A DNA stretch of 64,000 nt. Source: Auanema rhodensis. Lineage: Eukaryota; Animalia; Nematoda. Below the pieces are notes generated by a model. That model saw only the letters and a program-made list of their open reading frames with translations. It searched no databases and was not told the DNA's origin. The position numbers were made by a program, and so were the translations under genes. The stretch's first letter is position 1; each line of letters opens with the position of its first letter. Positions 1 to 15,105 of the stretch are shown piece by piece. Location: the NCBI GenBank assembly GCA_964057225.1, contig OZ059896.1:10478001-10542000 (forward strand), read 5' to 3'.

Positions 1-1136
<1,136 letters not shown>

Positions 1137-1588
1137 TAAAGTACCTGAATCCGACACTAACATAAGAATAAATTTAAAAAAATAAAGTTGAGAAAGAAGC
1201 TTCAGATTGGAATTTTGCAGTATTACAATTCAATCACAGTAAATAAAACGAAAACACTAACACCCTCAAGGGTTAATTGATATTCGTCAACTCCGTCGAA
1301 ATGAAAATAGCAATGCATATTGATCACGTATCTTTATATTTCATACAGTATGTATCGAGATACTTGTTTTTATAACAGAAGAAGCTAATTACATCAAGCA
1401 ATTATAGTAGTTTAAAATGGTACTAATGAAAAAATAAAATACTTTATTTACGTTTTTACTAAAAAGGCATGTGAAAATCACATTCTTTCAGCTATTATTC
1501 TTCCTTGCGCAAAAATCAATAATATTTCAACAACTGCAAATATCAATAGTTTATTCATATATAATATAAACTTGGAGGAAGATTCAGT

Positions 1589-2597
1589 TTACGCAGTTTT
1601 ATCCAATAATTCTTTAATAGTATTTTCAAACGAAGCTGGTGAGCTAGTTGGAGCATATCTAAATCATTAAGATACATAAATAAAAACAAAAAAAGGCATA
1701 CCTAGCAACAACATGTCCCTGGCGATCAACCAAGAATTTAGTAAAATTCCATTTGATAGCATCGATAAGTGTACCTCCCTGTTCTTTTTTCAAAAAGGTC
1801 CATAATGGATCAGCATCATTTCCATTTACTTTAATCTGTGAAAAAAAGAGAAAGATGCAGAATAACTCTTTTTCGTACCTTTCCATACAAATCAGGCTCA
1901 TAGTTGAAGCTTTCTTTCACAAACTTCATAATATCAATTTCGCATGATGGTTCCTTCAAATATAATATTACTTACTCAGTACAACATAGGAAATCATGTC
2001 TAATAAATTAAAAGAAACAGATAAACTACTTTAGGCGTGTTTTTCATTAACATAACGAGAGCACAATACTCTATACTTTAGTGAAAAAACACATACTGGA
2101 ATTAAAAAAAAATTACCTGTGCACCAAATTGATTACAAGGAAATGCTGCAACTCTAAGTCCTGAATCATGATACTTATCATGCAATTCTTTGAGCTCTTG
2201 ATAGTTGGAGTTAGTGAAACCGCATTTCGAAGCAACGTTGACAATAATAACTACTTTGCCTCTGAAATAACATGAAAATTAAGTTTATAGGAAGAAATAA
2301 GAAAAGAAAAATAAAGCTTCAAACCTATATTTTTCCAAACTGACTTCCTCACCAGCGGCATCCTTAACAGTAAAGTCATAAATTGTTTGATGATGGCTCA
2401 TTTCGTCGTCTATCGTGTCTGCAAAGAAAATAACTAAAACAGTTCGGTTTGTTGTGATTCAAGAAGTTTAATTAAACAATCTATGACCCTGAGTTAATTG
2501 TGTAAAATTCAAAAAGAAAATCAATAAAATTATAACCATGAGTTGTTGTTGCTATGACAAGAGAGCATGAGAATAGGATGAATGATATCAGAAGCAT
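1589..2597 (-). CDS. Cys-type (non-seleno) glutathione peroxidase, PHGPx/GPx4-like, with signal peptide
   Basis: Exons: [20 protein letters not shown] / [20 protein letters not shown]...SLEKY / [17 protein letters not shown]...[11 protein letters not shown] / EPSCEIDI...DLYGK / IKVNG...[19 protein letters not shown] / YAPTSSP...KTA*. The catalytic codon is TGC (Cys), not TGA. Confidence 0.93.
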
Positions 2598-3341
2598 TGG
2601 TTTCCTATTTATTATATGCCTTATCAAGCCGAAGTATCAAATTATACGTAACCTAAAATATCTGATTATATAGTTTTATATGATTGGCTACAATTAAAAA
2701 ATGTGTTGTTCATAGTTAAAGTATATTGATTTATATTTTGCACAGCGTGTAAGTGCGAAAAATCGTAATGAAACTTAGAGGTCAATCGGTAGAGGTTTTC
2801 AACAAATTTCTAATGTCTTGAAAAGAAACTAAAATTATACATATATAATCATTTAATTTACTTACATCATACTTTTGATGATTTTTATTAGATTATTCCG
2901 AAACGCTGTTGACAACTACTGATTAAAAGCATTTCAGTTCAAATACAAAGAACCATTTTTATCGGAAAATGACGAACATAGCATCATTGCTTTAGCTGAC
3001 AATAATAAGAACATCACTTTGATTCAAATATTCATATCTTATTTTTTACAACATGTACGAGTGGTATATGAGGAATTTTTGAATTATATACGATATTTTG
3101 AAATAATTAATAGATGTAAATATATAACTGAAAACAATGAGAATACATTTTAAGTTATACCTTGTACTTTAATGGCCGATTATTTCAAAACATGTGTAGT
3201 AATGAATAATAGTTATGTAGTAAATTATATATAAACAGATAATGTTAACTGTTATAATTATACAAATGGTGAACAGTTATACCTTACAAAAAGTAAACGG
3301 GAGTTTCAAAGAGATTCTAACATTATATTGATATCAAATGC

Positions 3342-5133
3342 TTATGTGTTTTTGCTACTTAATTTTCCCAAATAATAATTGGCATCGCTTCCAAGGATCA
3401 GATTGCCATTCTCGTCTTCAACTACACATGATATTGCTGAAACTTTGCGTGATCGATCCACTAAAATGTCATCGACAATTCCTTTTTCCGGATCAATCTA
3501 GAAATAAGAATGTAGATGTACAGCGCTGTTTTCATTTTACCTTATAAACTGCGGCAACTGGTGAAGATACTTGCTCCACGACCATTAGAAGAGCTTGAGG
3601 AGATAATACCTAAAACAAAAAACCTATTCACATTCATTAATGGAATAAACCTTGGTCATCATTTCTCGGAGCTGAGATCTTTCAGTTAACCAATTGTCTT
3701 TCGGTGTGCGTATTCCAGCCAAAGGAACCCACAATTTGCCATTCGATGCTTTGCGAATGCTGTCTGGGAAACCTGGCAAGTTGTCCACCATAACAGAAAC
3801 TTCGCGCGATGAAGGTGATATTCTTAAGAATATTCCAACTGTATACTTATTGTGTCTTATCGTTTACTTCAAAATCCGGGACATTCCCATTTCAGCAACA
3901 ATTACTTTGCCTCTCCATACATGAACACCATTTGGGAAATAGAGATTATCTACTAGAAGGTTGACTGATCCCGTTTTTGGATTGAAGATCAGAATTCTAA
4001 GCACCGAAATATATTGTAAAATAATATAACTAACCTCCCATTAGGCCTATGTTCGAAAAGATCCCACAAATAATCTTTGTCATCGAACTTAGTACTAGAT
4101 TCTGAAAGAACAATTTGCCCATCAGGTAAGAAATCCAAATCATTCAGGTATCTAATAAAATAAATTTGAATTAGTAAGTCCATAAATATGAAAACCTTAT
4201 TGGGGTCTGATCCGTTTCCTCTAACTGTGCTCCTCCGGATAAGAGTTTATGAACTTTCTCTTAAATAAATATTTGACAAAAAAAAACAAATTAAGAAAAG
4301 TTACCCTTTTCCCAATTGATAGCGAATAATCCTAAATAAGCATCAACAACAATTAATTCACCCTCTTCATTAAATCTATAATAACGATTTGTTAACGAAT
4401 AATTTTAGAACTTAGAGTTCTTGAAATACCTCATGCCCAAAGGACGTCCACATTTATCCATGTTTATATAACTCCCATCACATCCGTTTAAAGAGGTTAA
4501 TTTTAAACCTCTGATAATTTTAGCCGAAAATAAGGAACATATTCTGATTATGTATTAATAAGGCTTACTTTGTTATCATTAATTTCTATTTCACATATTA
4601 GGCCAGTTTTAAGACCAGTATATATTCTTCCATTATCAGGGTGAATAGCAATAGATTCTGGTCCATATATTTGATCTTGTAAGAGAGTTTGAGCCATAGA
4701 TAGTCTTGAATCATTAGGAAGCTCTGGAGGATCAGGTAATCTGCAAATAACAGTAGAAAATATTTCTTCTTGAATCAAATCAGCAAAAAAATGCTAACCT
4801 GAAGGAAACAGCATCGATTGGACTTTTCACAAACAAATGTGTTGCTAACAATGCTACGATAACAGAAATAATAATTCCAACTAATGTAGACAAAGAAAAG
4901 AAAGTGGTCCATGTTGTTTTCTATAGGAGAAATATATTTATTTTATCTTTCATACTTATTTTTATTCAAATATTGTGTAACATTTGACGATAAAAAGGTT
5001 TGAAATAAATCAATAAAAAATTAATAAGAAAAATAGTACATATGCTCAGTTTCTAACTTACAGATGGTTTTTTGATTTGTGTGGACGGACGACTAATTCC
5101 GGATGCTTTTTCTTTTCGTTTGCGATCACCCAT
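3342..5133 (-). CDS. Strictosidine synthase-like / APMAP (hemomucin-like) type II membrane beta-propeller protein
   Basis: N-terminal TM segment (STLVGIIISVIVALLATHL), then GPESIAI, CGRPLGMR, YLNDLDFLPDG, HRPNGR, LYFPNGV, NLPGFPDSIR and LILGSD motifs. ATG directly follows a ttcag acceptor. Confidence 0.88.
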
Positions 5134-8100
5134 CTGAAGTAAAATAAAATAAAATCGTTAAGGTATAAGCAAAATATCGTTATAAAACATATTTGTTATG
5201 ATGATAGTATAAGAACACAAAAGCAAAGGTTAGGTGAAGAAGCATTTGCTATATTTGTGCAAGCAAAAGTAAAGGTCAATTTGGCTAACAAACTGTCTGT
5301 GGCATCTCAGTGAGACGCAAAATAACAAGGGTGACTGAATAAGAAAAGTGGAATAGTCAGAGTGAGTGAACGGTTATGACTGAAAATAATTTATGCCAAT
5401 TTCATTCAACTATTTCCATTTCGACGATATATAATATTTCTGTATTTGAATAACTAGCCACTAAATGTATAATATCACGATTGGTATCATAAAATATAAT
5501 AATTATTTTAAAATATTGTATGTTTTATCCAATATTTTATAAAAACATCTTGAACTTAATAATGTTGTATTATATTAATATATTAGATCAAAGTTTTATT
5601 TTAAAGAACAGGATATCAATTAAAAGTTATAACAAAAGATTTTAGGACGTAGTAGTGTTTGTATTATATATTTGAAAAATTCTTAATTAGCACAAAAACA
5701 TTAATAATATTTTTCTATAATCTGTATTCTTAAAAAATTCATTGATTACTTTATTTACTCAACATTTTAAACAAAAAGATATATATGGGATATGTTGAAC
5801 TTTGAAACAGACTGTAGTTTGAACTTTAATTTGGAGATGAGTCTATAGTAACAAAATAATATTTGCAAAAAAAATGAATAAAAACTTCAAACTTATATAT
5901 AAAACTTGAAGTATATCTATATATAAACATTATAAAATTATTTAAAGACAGATCGAAATTAAAAAGTAGTAGAATCTCGAAATTTCAGATGACTTTTTAT
6001 CAATGCAATGTCTTGCTGTTCAAGTTAGAAAACTTGCTCTTTCTCGGAGATTTTATCACTCAGTAATGATCAATAACTTAGTTTTGTTTTCAAAAATAGT
6101 AATTGATAATAAATATATATATATATATATATATACCTTGTATCATTCATGACCATGCACTATAATACTCAAATATGTTTTTTTTTGAAACTTGATGAAT
6201 TTTTCTTCTCTGATATTATGTATTATAATGCAAAATCTTATTTGTACATTTTAAAATTAATTATTTTTCTTATAAACCTTTTAGAAAGTAATTTGTTGGA
6301 GATCACCCTTTTATCTATTAGTCTATCATACAGATATTATTATTGTTTCTTACGGTTCTATTGCTTTTGAACTGTATCATCCGTCGTTGTTGACCACTAT
6401 CTTGATATACGGCTCTGCTTATTGTTGATTGATTGATCTATATGCTGACATGGCAAAATGTGAAAGAAAACGATCGTTCGCATCATCATCATCATCATGA
6501 AGTTAGCATCATGGTCTTCTACATTGACTGCTGTCTGTTGTCATCCAACGTCATCTAAATTTATTTTATTTGATTGCCTTATTTGCTTCAATTCTTAGTG
6601 AAATGATAGTGAAGAATGAGATGATAATGATGAGAATGTATCATCAATAAAAGACACAATTGTCTTCTGAATTCTCGTTTGCCCCCCGTCTTCACGAATC
6701 AATATGTTTCCTGAAATACGCGTGATCTCCGTATCTTCTAATATATGTTCATTTTTCTATCATACCTACTTCCTGTCCTTAGAATTTGCGATATCTTTTT
6801 TTTTTGAAAATTTTATCTTTACATGGATTTTTCACAGCATTTTCCTTGTATTTCTACCCCGAATTCTAGTATTTTTGCGTCATTGGCTTCTAATACCATT
6901 TTTAACTTTTTGGTTGAAGGCTTATCTTATAATTCTTACAAAATTCTTCAATTTTCCTGAATGGTTTGATAACTCTTCATGTCAGTTCAGTACATGCACT
7001 GTTTGCTTTTGCTGATAATCAGCCTCAAACATGGTAGCTGCAACACTCATACACTATGCCTAAGCATCTTTAATTTACTTTTTAATTCGAATCTTTTTGA
7101 TAAAATTTTTTTATATATTTTCTCTCTGTGTTGCTTTAGAGTATTTAAAACCTTTTATTGTTCAATATCTTACTCATTGTCTAACTTACAGTTGTGCCAA
7201 TTATATCTCTTCTAGCATTGATTTTAAACGTTATCAATGTTTTTTTTGAATTTGTAAATGTAATTTAGTTTTAATGATCTCCAATAAAGCGATATTGCCC
7301 ACAGATCACTTTGATAATGCAAATGGCTATAGAAGAGCTCAAATTGGCTCGGCTTTCTCTTATCTTATCGCTTCTTCGGTCAATGTGCTATTGCCCTTTA
7401 CTACGTCATGACATTTTTTTTCTTTTCAAACACAAATCCACAAAAATTCTGAACACATGCAGAATTCTTTTTCAATGTAAATATTAAATATTTTAACTCT
7501 CATTATGTATTTGTTTATAAATGTTTATTTTTTATTATTTTATGTTTCAATTTTGATTTTGTTGTCTATTACCTTGGTTTCTTATCATGTTGTTCCTATC
7601 GATAAAATATCATATCAATCCGTATTTCTAAGTATAATTTTTTTTTCATACATGCTTCATAGAATTGTCTAAACTTTGTCGTATTTTTTATTTTTATTTT
7701 TTCAAATTGTATATAACGCTCCTATTGCAGGACCTAAAACTCCGAGAGATTAGACGTTCACTTTCGTTTTCTTGCTTTTTCCCTCCTTAAGGGAACAGCA
7801 CGTGCGATCCATTTTATCGTTTAAACGGATTGCTACATCTATAACTCTCTTCAAGCCTATAATCGTTTCTGCTATTTAATATTTGTTGGCTATCATCAGG
7901 CTTCGACAACTTCGTTTAAGGTGTTGTTATATTCATCTCATATCATCACCATAAGTAGTTTTCCCTCAAAATTACTGATTGAGTCTGTCTGCTGTTTGTC
8001 TGACTGCTGTTCTCATTAAATTGAAACAACGGAAACATGCGTCTTTGAAAGTTAAAAAGTAGAATCCTGATAAGGCTTGAAACCAGCGCCCGCGCTATAC

Positions 8101-8273
8101 TACTTCAGCCCCCTTTTGTTGTTGTTAACTTTTTTTTTCTGCAAAGAAGGAAAAGAAGCCGTCACAACTTCTGGATATAGTAGCTGATTGCAACTAGTAT
8201 TAAATTTCATATAATACTTGTGGATTTGCACAAAGTTCAAGCTCCCAAACTACCTATAATATCAACTGAAAAG

Positions 8274-11200
8274 ATGTTGTCGAATGATGTATTTCAACGT
8301 TTATTGTATGACTTATTCTGTCTCTGGCATGGAGTACAAAGACATTATGATCCTCCAATCACTGACACAGAAGAACAAAGATTGGCTAAGGTATCTTATT
8401 AGTATTATCTTCGTTTATTCATAAGTTTGATTTAGGTCAAAACAATGATTTGCAAACTACTTGGAGAGATTGATTCTAGAGTACAAAGAATTAAGCAAGA
8501 TACATCACAAGAGGAAAGGGGACAGGTTAGAAATAATCGTTGAGCTTTTAGATAATAATAATTGTTTAGGATTTTTATGAGGAATGGACAATGCTTACTT
8601 GGAATGTTTTATGTATCACCAGTCGGCTTCAAAGTAGTCCTTCTCAGGTTAGTAAATAAGTGTTATTGTATTTCAACTTTCTAATTATTTATGTTTTGAG
8701 ATTCTTTTTTGACTTTTTTCTTCTAGTTTGAAGTAACTGTCTCAACAGAAGATCGAGTAATATATTCTCGTCTTAATCAAGCATTGGTAGACTTGGTTAA
8801 TTATTCCAGGTAAAAAATCAATTTCTATGTAAATATCTTTATTAATATATTATAGAGAGTACTTACCATTTCGCGGAAATCATCAAGATTCTGAATATGC
8901 TCATCTTCGAGATAAATTTTCTCATACTATGTTGGACTTACATACGCTATACAGGTACACAAAAATAGCATTCACATTTCAGAAATTAGTTATTTACTTT
9001 GCTTATATTTTTTCAAACTTAGTTACTTTCATGCAAAATTGAAAATAAAGAAATAATTTTGTGTATTATAGAGCAATGAACCAAGGGTTGTTTCAAAATC
9101 CCCATGGTGTTGAAGATTTTCATGTGAGACTTCATCGATTTGGAGAAGAAATGTTAATTCCTTGTATTGATGAATTTAAGGTAAACATTTTTAATTCCGC
9201 TATATTTTTTGAGTTTTTTCATAGTCTTATTGTAATAAACAAAGTGTACAACTGTGGAAAGATGTCAGACAAGCACAAATATCTAGAATGAAAGATCCAC
9301 AACCACTTCCCGACGAACCAATCACTAGATTAGTAGCATTTTATTCACAGATGATGTATGTTCTGGCAGTTTTGGGAGCAAGGCTACAGGTCTTTATTCA
9401 ATTTAGTTTTGACTGTTTCACTCATCATATTTAGGGGTTCCGATATGATCTTATGATTAATAAAAAAGTTTTTGGAAGCTTTGATCCGGTTCAGCATCTA
9501 TCAGAAGTTGTGTTTTCTGCTCTTGAATTGCTAATGGCAGACTGCGTATTAGCAACTGAACCATCAACTAATGCTATCCTTGTTACAAACAATCTCTTTA
9601 GGTAAGATGAGTTACTGTAAGTTGTTAAACACAATTTATATTATTTCAGTATGAATTGTGGAGCATTAGCTAGAGGTGTTGTTTTTAAAGATTTTGAGAT
9701 TCAAGTAGTATCGGAAGAAACTGCAGAACATATTCAAGTAATAATTTTGTCAATATAGCTCTCTTGTAATATGTATCTAGGGTGAAATGGCACGACAACG
9801 AATGATGCAGCAGCCTTCTCCAATTGGATTAGCTCCTTCAGCTGCACTTTTGGCTATGAAACCAACTTCGGGGACGAAACGTAGTAACGCAGTCAGTAAT
9901 AACTCAGGTATCTAAGTTTGCCAAAGTGATTTTTAAAGTTTTTCTATTTCAGATCCATCAAGTACAGCTCATAAGAAAAGTGATGTTAATAGCAAAGAGA
10001 GTGTTACTATCTATCCTAATTATAACTTTAAGAACAGGTAATAATCCGGATGATTCAAATTTTTGAAACATTGACTTAGATATTGGGCTGCAATGTATCC
10101 GCATCTTCTTTGTACAACAAGACAGAAAGGTCGTCAATCGACACATAATTCATACCAAGATTTGTCACCAAATGGTCAGATGGATAAATCGAATGGCAAA
10201 CGTCCCATCTTTTATTTTCACATAAAAGCTACTATGTTCAGGTTTGAGTTTAACATTTATGCTTATAGTAAAATATATTATTAAGCCCGTCTGGACGTTT
10301 TGCTTCAGCTCATACGCTTTCTTTGCCATTCACTATTGCAACAAGGCGCAATCAGGACTGTCAAGTTCAACGTATGATGTCTTCATATACAGCAACTATA
10401 TTCTGGTTGTATGGATGCAATCAACAGGACGGATTATTGCTTCCTTGGTTTGATACTGGTAAACGAAGTCACACGTAAAATTTCATAATTTACCATTTAG
10501 GTATGGGCTGGGACTATTTTAAACATTTGTATAAACAGCATTTCAAAGTGAATGCTGATGTACAAAGAGGTTTAATGGATGAAGATTTTGACCTTCTGCA
10601 GTACAAATTGCAATGCCCTGATTGTGCGTATGGGGATGGCGCTCGTGTAAATGGAGTTCAAAGTTAGATTCCTTATCATTATTACCAGGCAAATCATTAT
10701 ATTTACGTTCTTTAGAGTTTGTAACATTCAAAAATGTCCTGTGCCCTCATTTGCGTTATGAATGTGGAAGTACAAATGTTCGGTTCTCGGTATTTGCTAG
10801 TTAAATATACCAACATTATTTTCATATTCAGGTATGGCGAGGTATGCTGGAGCTTCTGCAAATATTTCATGACACTAGAAACAACGTGAAAAAGCTCTGG
10901 GAAATGGGGCTATTGCTTGGTTTTCTGGAATTCTCGGATGTTTTCCGTTTAAGAGTTTATAAAATCAAATATTTTGTTCTAGGTTGACAAGAAACTAGAA
11001 CGACATAAATCTGCCCTTATCATGCGTCTGTCTTTTGTAACTGGAGGTGTTCTGCCCACACATTGAACCTAATAAAACAAATATTATTTCAGGAACAATC
11101 TGTTTTACTGTTAAATCAACAGCTCATACATTAGATCCTCAAGCTACCAAGCCTATACATTTAGAACCGTTAGATTTGAAAAAACTTCAAACAAAGTGCT

Positions 11201-12053
11201 TAAAGGATTATTTGCGAGATATTGCTGATGCTGAAAAAGTAGAAAATGCACAACACTTCGTTAATAATAAAAACATTATAGGTTAAATACATAGTTAACT
11301 CTTCCGATGAAGTTGTTCGCATCAGTGATGTGTTGATGCAGTTAGGAGATCCGGGTGTCTCCAGTGGTGAAATCGAAAGTCGTGATATCAGTAGCAATGT
11401 AACTCATTCCGGTGATATTGACTCAATGCAGCATATTAGGTTTATTTTTAAAAAAACGAAAGACAAAACTTATTCCCTCCATTCAGGTTTACTGCAATGA
11501 GAATTGCCGTAGTTACTTGTAAAGTTAAACCACCATCTGCAGATTTATTAGAAGTTGATGTCGAAAGGTAAGTTAAAAATTTTTTTCTTGTTTTTGAATA
11601 TATTTTTTTCATTATAGTTTAATATCATTTAAAATCATTTAGGCTGTCATCACATGCTGCTCCCTTATATCCCCCTCCTCAAGATGACTTCGCTCGTGAG
11701 CTAGTACAATTAGCGAATTTCCATGGAAAATCTCGACAGGTTCTTTTTGAGATTGAAATATTTTATTTTTTTTGTTTGTTTTTTAGGAAGTTATTGAGAG
11801 TTTAGAAATGCTCCCAGATGAGTGCTTTTTAAATCATTCAGCAGCAACAACTCCTGCAACAATTCGGAGTTCGTATTCCACAAACTTGCCACCTACTACT
11901 TCACCTGTGACCAACTTAACTCATCATTTTTCACTTTCCCCAAATCCCTCAATGCAATCTCTTCCATCTCCCAATAGTAATTACAATACGAATTCTTCCT
12001 TTGATTCACAGCCCAATCTTGGTCAAGGATTGCCCAAAGAAGTTAAATTTTAG
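8274..12053 (+). CDS. sta-2: Nematode STAT-B transcription factor (STAT DNA-binding plus divergent SH2)
   Basis: Multi-exon [22 protein letters not shown]... with [15 protein letters not shown] (DNA-binding/linker), ATIFW, and [13 protein letters not shown]...[16 protein letters not shown] (SH2-like, divergent FLLRFS). The C-terminus is S/P-rich. Confidence 0.78.
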
Positions 12054-12997
12054 CTAAATATTTAGCATATTCCATTATACACATACAGTTAAAGGAAATG
12101 ATCTTCCCAAATATTTATATTATATAATGCCTACTTTTTGTCTGAATTGCGTGTCCTCGGTATAACCGTTGCTATTTGTGTTTGTTTCTATTTAATGTGT
12201 TTTATAACACGTTAATACAGATCTTATTTATGTATTGTCCACTCTTCTCATTCCATCAAATCGTCAAAATGTTTCTTATTCTCGGAGAGAAATGATGATA
12301 ATTATTGTTATCCAACTTACAAACTTCTACGTTGTTGAATTTTCTCGTTTGCTCATACCCACCTTTTTATACGCACGCGAATTACAGATTCTGTTTTATT
12401 TCAATTGTTTCAACATAAAAAAAATTCCTAATTCAAGTTTCTGTTTCAGTATAACGTATATATATATATTTATGTTTGCATAGCAAAGTTCTACATATCA
12501 TGTGAAAACTTAAAACTTTGTCGTCTATGTATACGATTTATTTTTAAAGGCATGTAGCCGGTATACACAATTTGCAGAAATGGACGGACTAGGCGGCAAA
12601 ATATGTTATGAAATTGATCGCAGATTTAATATACAAGTGTAATATTTTGCTTCAAAATTTTCGTTAAACTGACGACTTCAAATTATGTCGAACGCTAATT
12701 ATGCAACAAACAAGCTTTTAATGTCCGCATAAACTTTAATTTTTTGGCAAAAATAGAACACAAAACAAAGAAAACGTAACGGATAGGAAAATATGAGCAG
12801 AATTAGATACTTACAGGAAAGGAATTGGTTATTTGCCTTCTTTCAAAGATAAAAGATAATCAATTCGTTCAAGTTAAAACACCGGCATCGATTGAAAAAT
12901 AAACAAAGTCTTAATTAGACGGTATGAGGTTAATTTTATAGAATTATATCCCCACAAATAAAAATTTTAAATTAGTAATGAGTTTAGCATGCTCATA

Positions 12998-13523
12998 CTA
13001 GTCATCCTTTTTTTTGAAAACTCCGGCAGCACCAAGAATGATTAAAATCACAACAGTTAACCCAATTAAACAAGCCACAATAGTTATTGCCGTCCATTTA
13101 GCATTACGAAAACACATTTTCCGCTGAACACGGTTGGCTGTCATTTTGAAACTTGCAGACTAAAAAAGGTAATATGAGCTGAAGTGAGTCAATACATTAT
13201 AGTAGCTTACATTTGCTTGCAATTCGTCGGTACGTCTTTCAATATTCTCCAAGCGTTCTCCTCGTTGAATTATAGCATTTACGTTTTCAGCCATTACCTA
13301 AAGATAAAAACAAATAGATAAAAAACTATAATTGGATATATTACAGTTTTAACTGAATCAACTTGCTCACGCAATTCAGCAACTCGCCGACTTTGAGGAT
13401 TTTCACTTGAATTCTCAGCCATCTGAAAAAAGGCAATTCAATACAATCTAGCAAATAATGAATATTAAAATTGTTCAATAAAAATACGTATTGATCGAAA
13501 TGTGAATCATGTGGGGATGACAT
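12998..13523 (-). CDS. Short (longin-less) isoform of the R-SNARE from an alternative first exon
   Basis: A 36-nt exon at 13523-13488 (MSSPHDSHFDQY|gtattt) is in phase 0 with the ttttttcag acceptor before 13422. Confidence 0.5.
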
Positions 13524-15105
13524 AGGAGTCAGAATAGAAGTTATCAGAGGCAGAAGTTAGAAACAAAAATCGACTGATGCGTACAAGAGAACAACATTAG
13601 ACTCAATGCTCCAGAAGGGGTTGGACTAGATGATTCATGTAAATAAAACAGTTCGGGTCGAGAGTCATTGACATCCAGTTAATAAGAATAAACTAGATAT
13701 AATTTGAGCTAATATAGCAGAAAAGACCTGAAGTATACATATACCGATACACTTAAGCATTTAAAAATCTGCGTATGGTCATTTCTTGATATTTGAATGA
13801 ATTTTTCTTTTCTACCTGGCTGAATAAAAAGAAATTTAGAATAAGAGTGGATAAGAGAAAACCATGAAGAAGACAAAAGTCAGCTCTTGTGGTATTCTAC
13901 GGAAAAATGCTCTTTCAATACGTTTAGTTCTTTGCTTGAGAATCAATATTGGCAACTATTGCAAAGGTAAATAGATAGAATCAGGACGCTGACACAGTCA
14001 AAACTCGGAATACGGCTAAAATATAGAAAGACAAATAGAAATGACAACTAGTATCGAAGGGAGTGTAAGGCAGAATGAAGAGTGTGGGTATATTTGAATA
14101 AAAGACTGCTGAAAAGTAGAATTGACGCTTCGAAAGAGAGTACTGAAAACGTATTCCTCAATCTCTAATTTTAAATTATTTTTCATGTTTCAAATGTTCG
14201 ATATGTTTCAGATCTTCTTTACATTATTTTCTAAAACTCACGCCCCTTTTTCATTCTGATGTATATTTGAAAGAAATTACTCTAGGCTACTCATAGTAAG
14301 AGAAAATTAGAAAATTGCTAAAACAATTTGAAAGAAACAAAGTCAAAAAATTAAGCAGTCAATCTGTTGAAGGCCCTTCAGACGAATAGGAAATCAATAA
14401 TGCACTGATAAGGAGGAAAAACGATTCAACCCCTTTAAACAGCCTGCTATCAAATAACAGATAATCATATTAACAGCATCAGAATATTGTGAATTATAAA
14501 TAAAATTTAAATTTGTAAAAAAATGAAATACCATTAGAGCGCTTATAGCATAATCCAGATGTGGTTGAAGCTCTTTATCTAAACATTGTGGAATCAACAT
14601 AATTAGCTGAGCTTGGCTCAGAATTAAGCTCTGAAAACATATTTTTTTTAAAAACATTATTTCTTAAAAATTACTCGAACATGATCCAAATAGTTTTGAG
14701 CTTCAGACGACCCCAAACATGGCTCTGATATACAAACAAATAGAAGGCGGCAAGGATCGTCGACAAATACTGCGAAATGAATTATGAAGCTGGAAAGTAT
14801 GAGCTCGGTAAACTGATTAGACAAGCTTCGTATACCTATCAACTTCTATTTTTCCTCGATTGTTGAAATGTGTGAGTACTCTTTGTTGAAGAAGCCGCTT
14901 AACTTCATATTCTGATGGGGGTTCCGGCTAAAACAATGTAGTTATGGTAAATTACGCCAAAATGAAATAGATTGACAAAAAAAGAAAACTATAAATAGAC
15001 CTGTATAGAATTCGTAGGAGGGGGATCAATATTGCTAGAAGAGACAACGACGAAGCCAGCAGATGATGACGGTCTTAGAATAAGAGTACTCCGTACATAA
15101 GTCAT
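12998..15105 (-). CDS. Longin-type R-SNARE (VAMP7/VAMP8-like), long isoform
   Basis: Phase-compatible exons 15105-15001, 14927-14836, 14789-14681 and 14630-14532 encode a longin-like region (FIIHFAVFVDDPCRLLFVCISE...AQNYLD). They join 13422-12998, which encodes the SNARE motif VDSVKTVMAENVNAIIQRGERLENIERRTDELQ (zero-layer R) and a C-terminal TM helix. The SNARE part is secure; the longin join is inferred. Confidence 0.72.

Noticed and set aside
1954-2116. C/D-box snoRNA in the longer GPx intron (ATGATT...CTGA on the minus strand)
   Set aside because: No canonical C box, terminal stem or recognisable rRNA guide.
2200-2240. Selenocysteine GPx or SECIS
   Set aside because: The active-site codon is TGC (VNVASKCG), and no in-frame TGA is needed in the gene model.
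6149-7215. Hydrophobic short ORFs in the ORF track (also near 17535, 30246, 46322, 54266, 55015)
   Set aside because: F/I/L/Y-rich translations are expected by chance from AT-rich or microsatellite non-coding DNA, and they have no splice-consistent structure.
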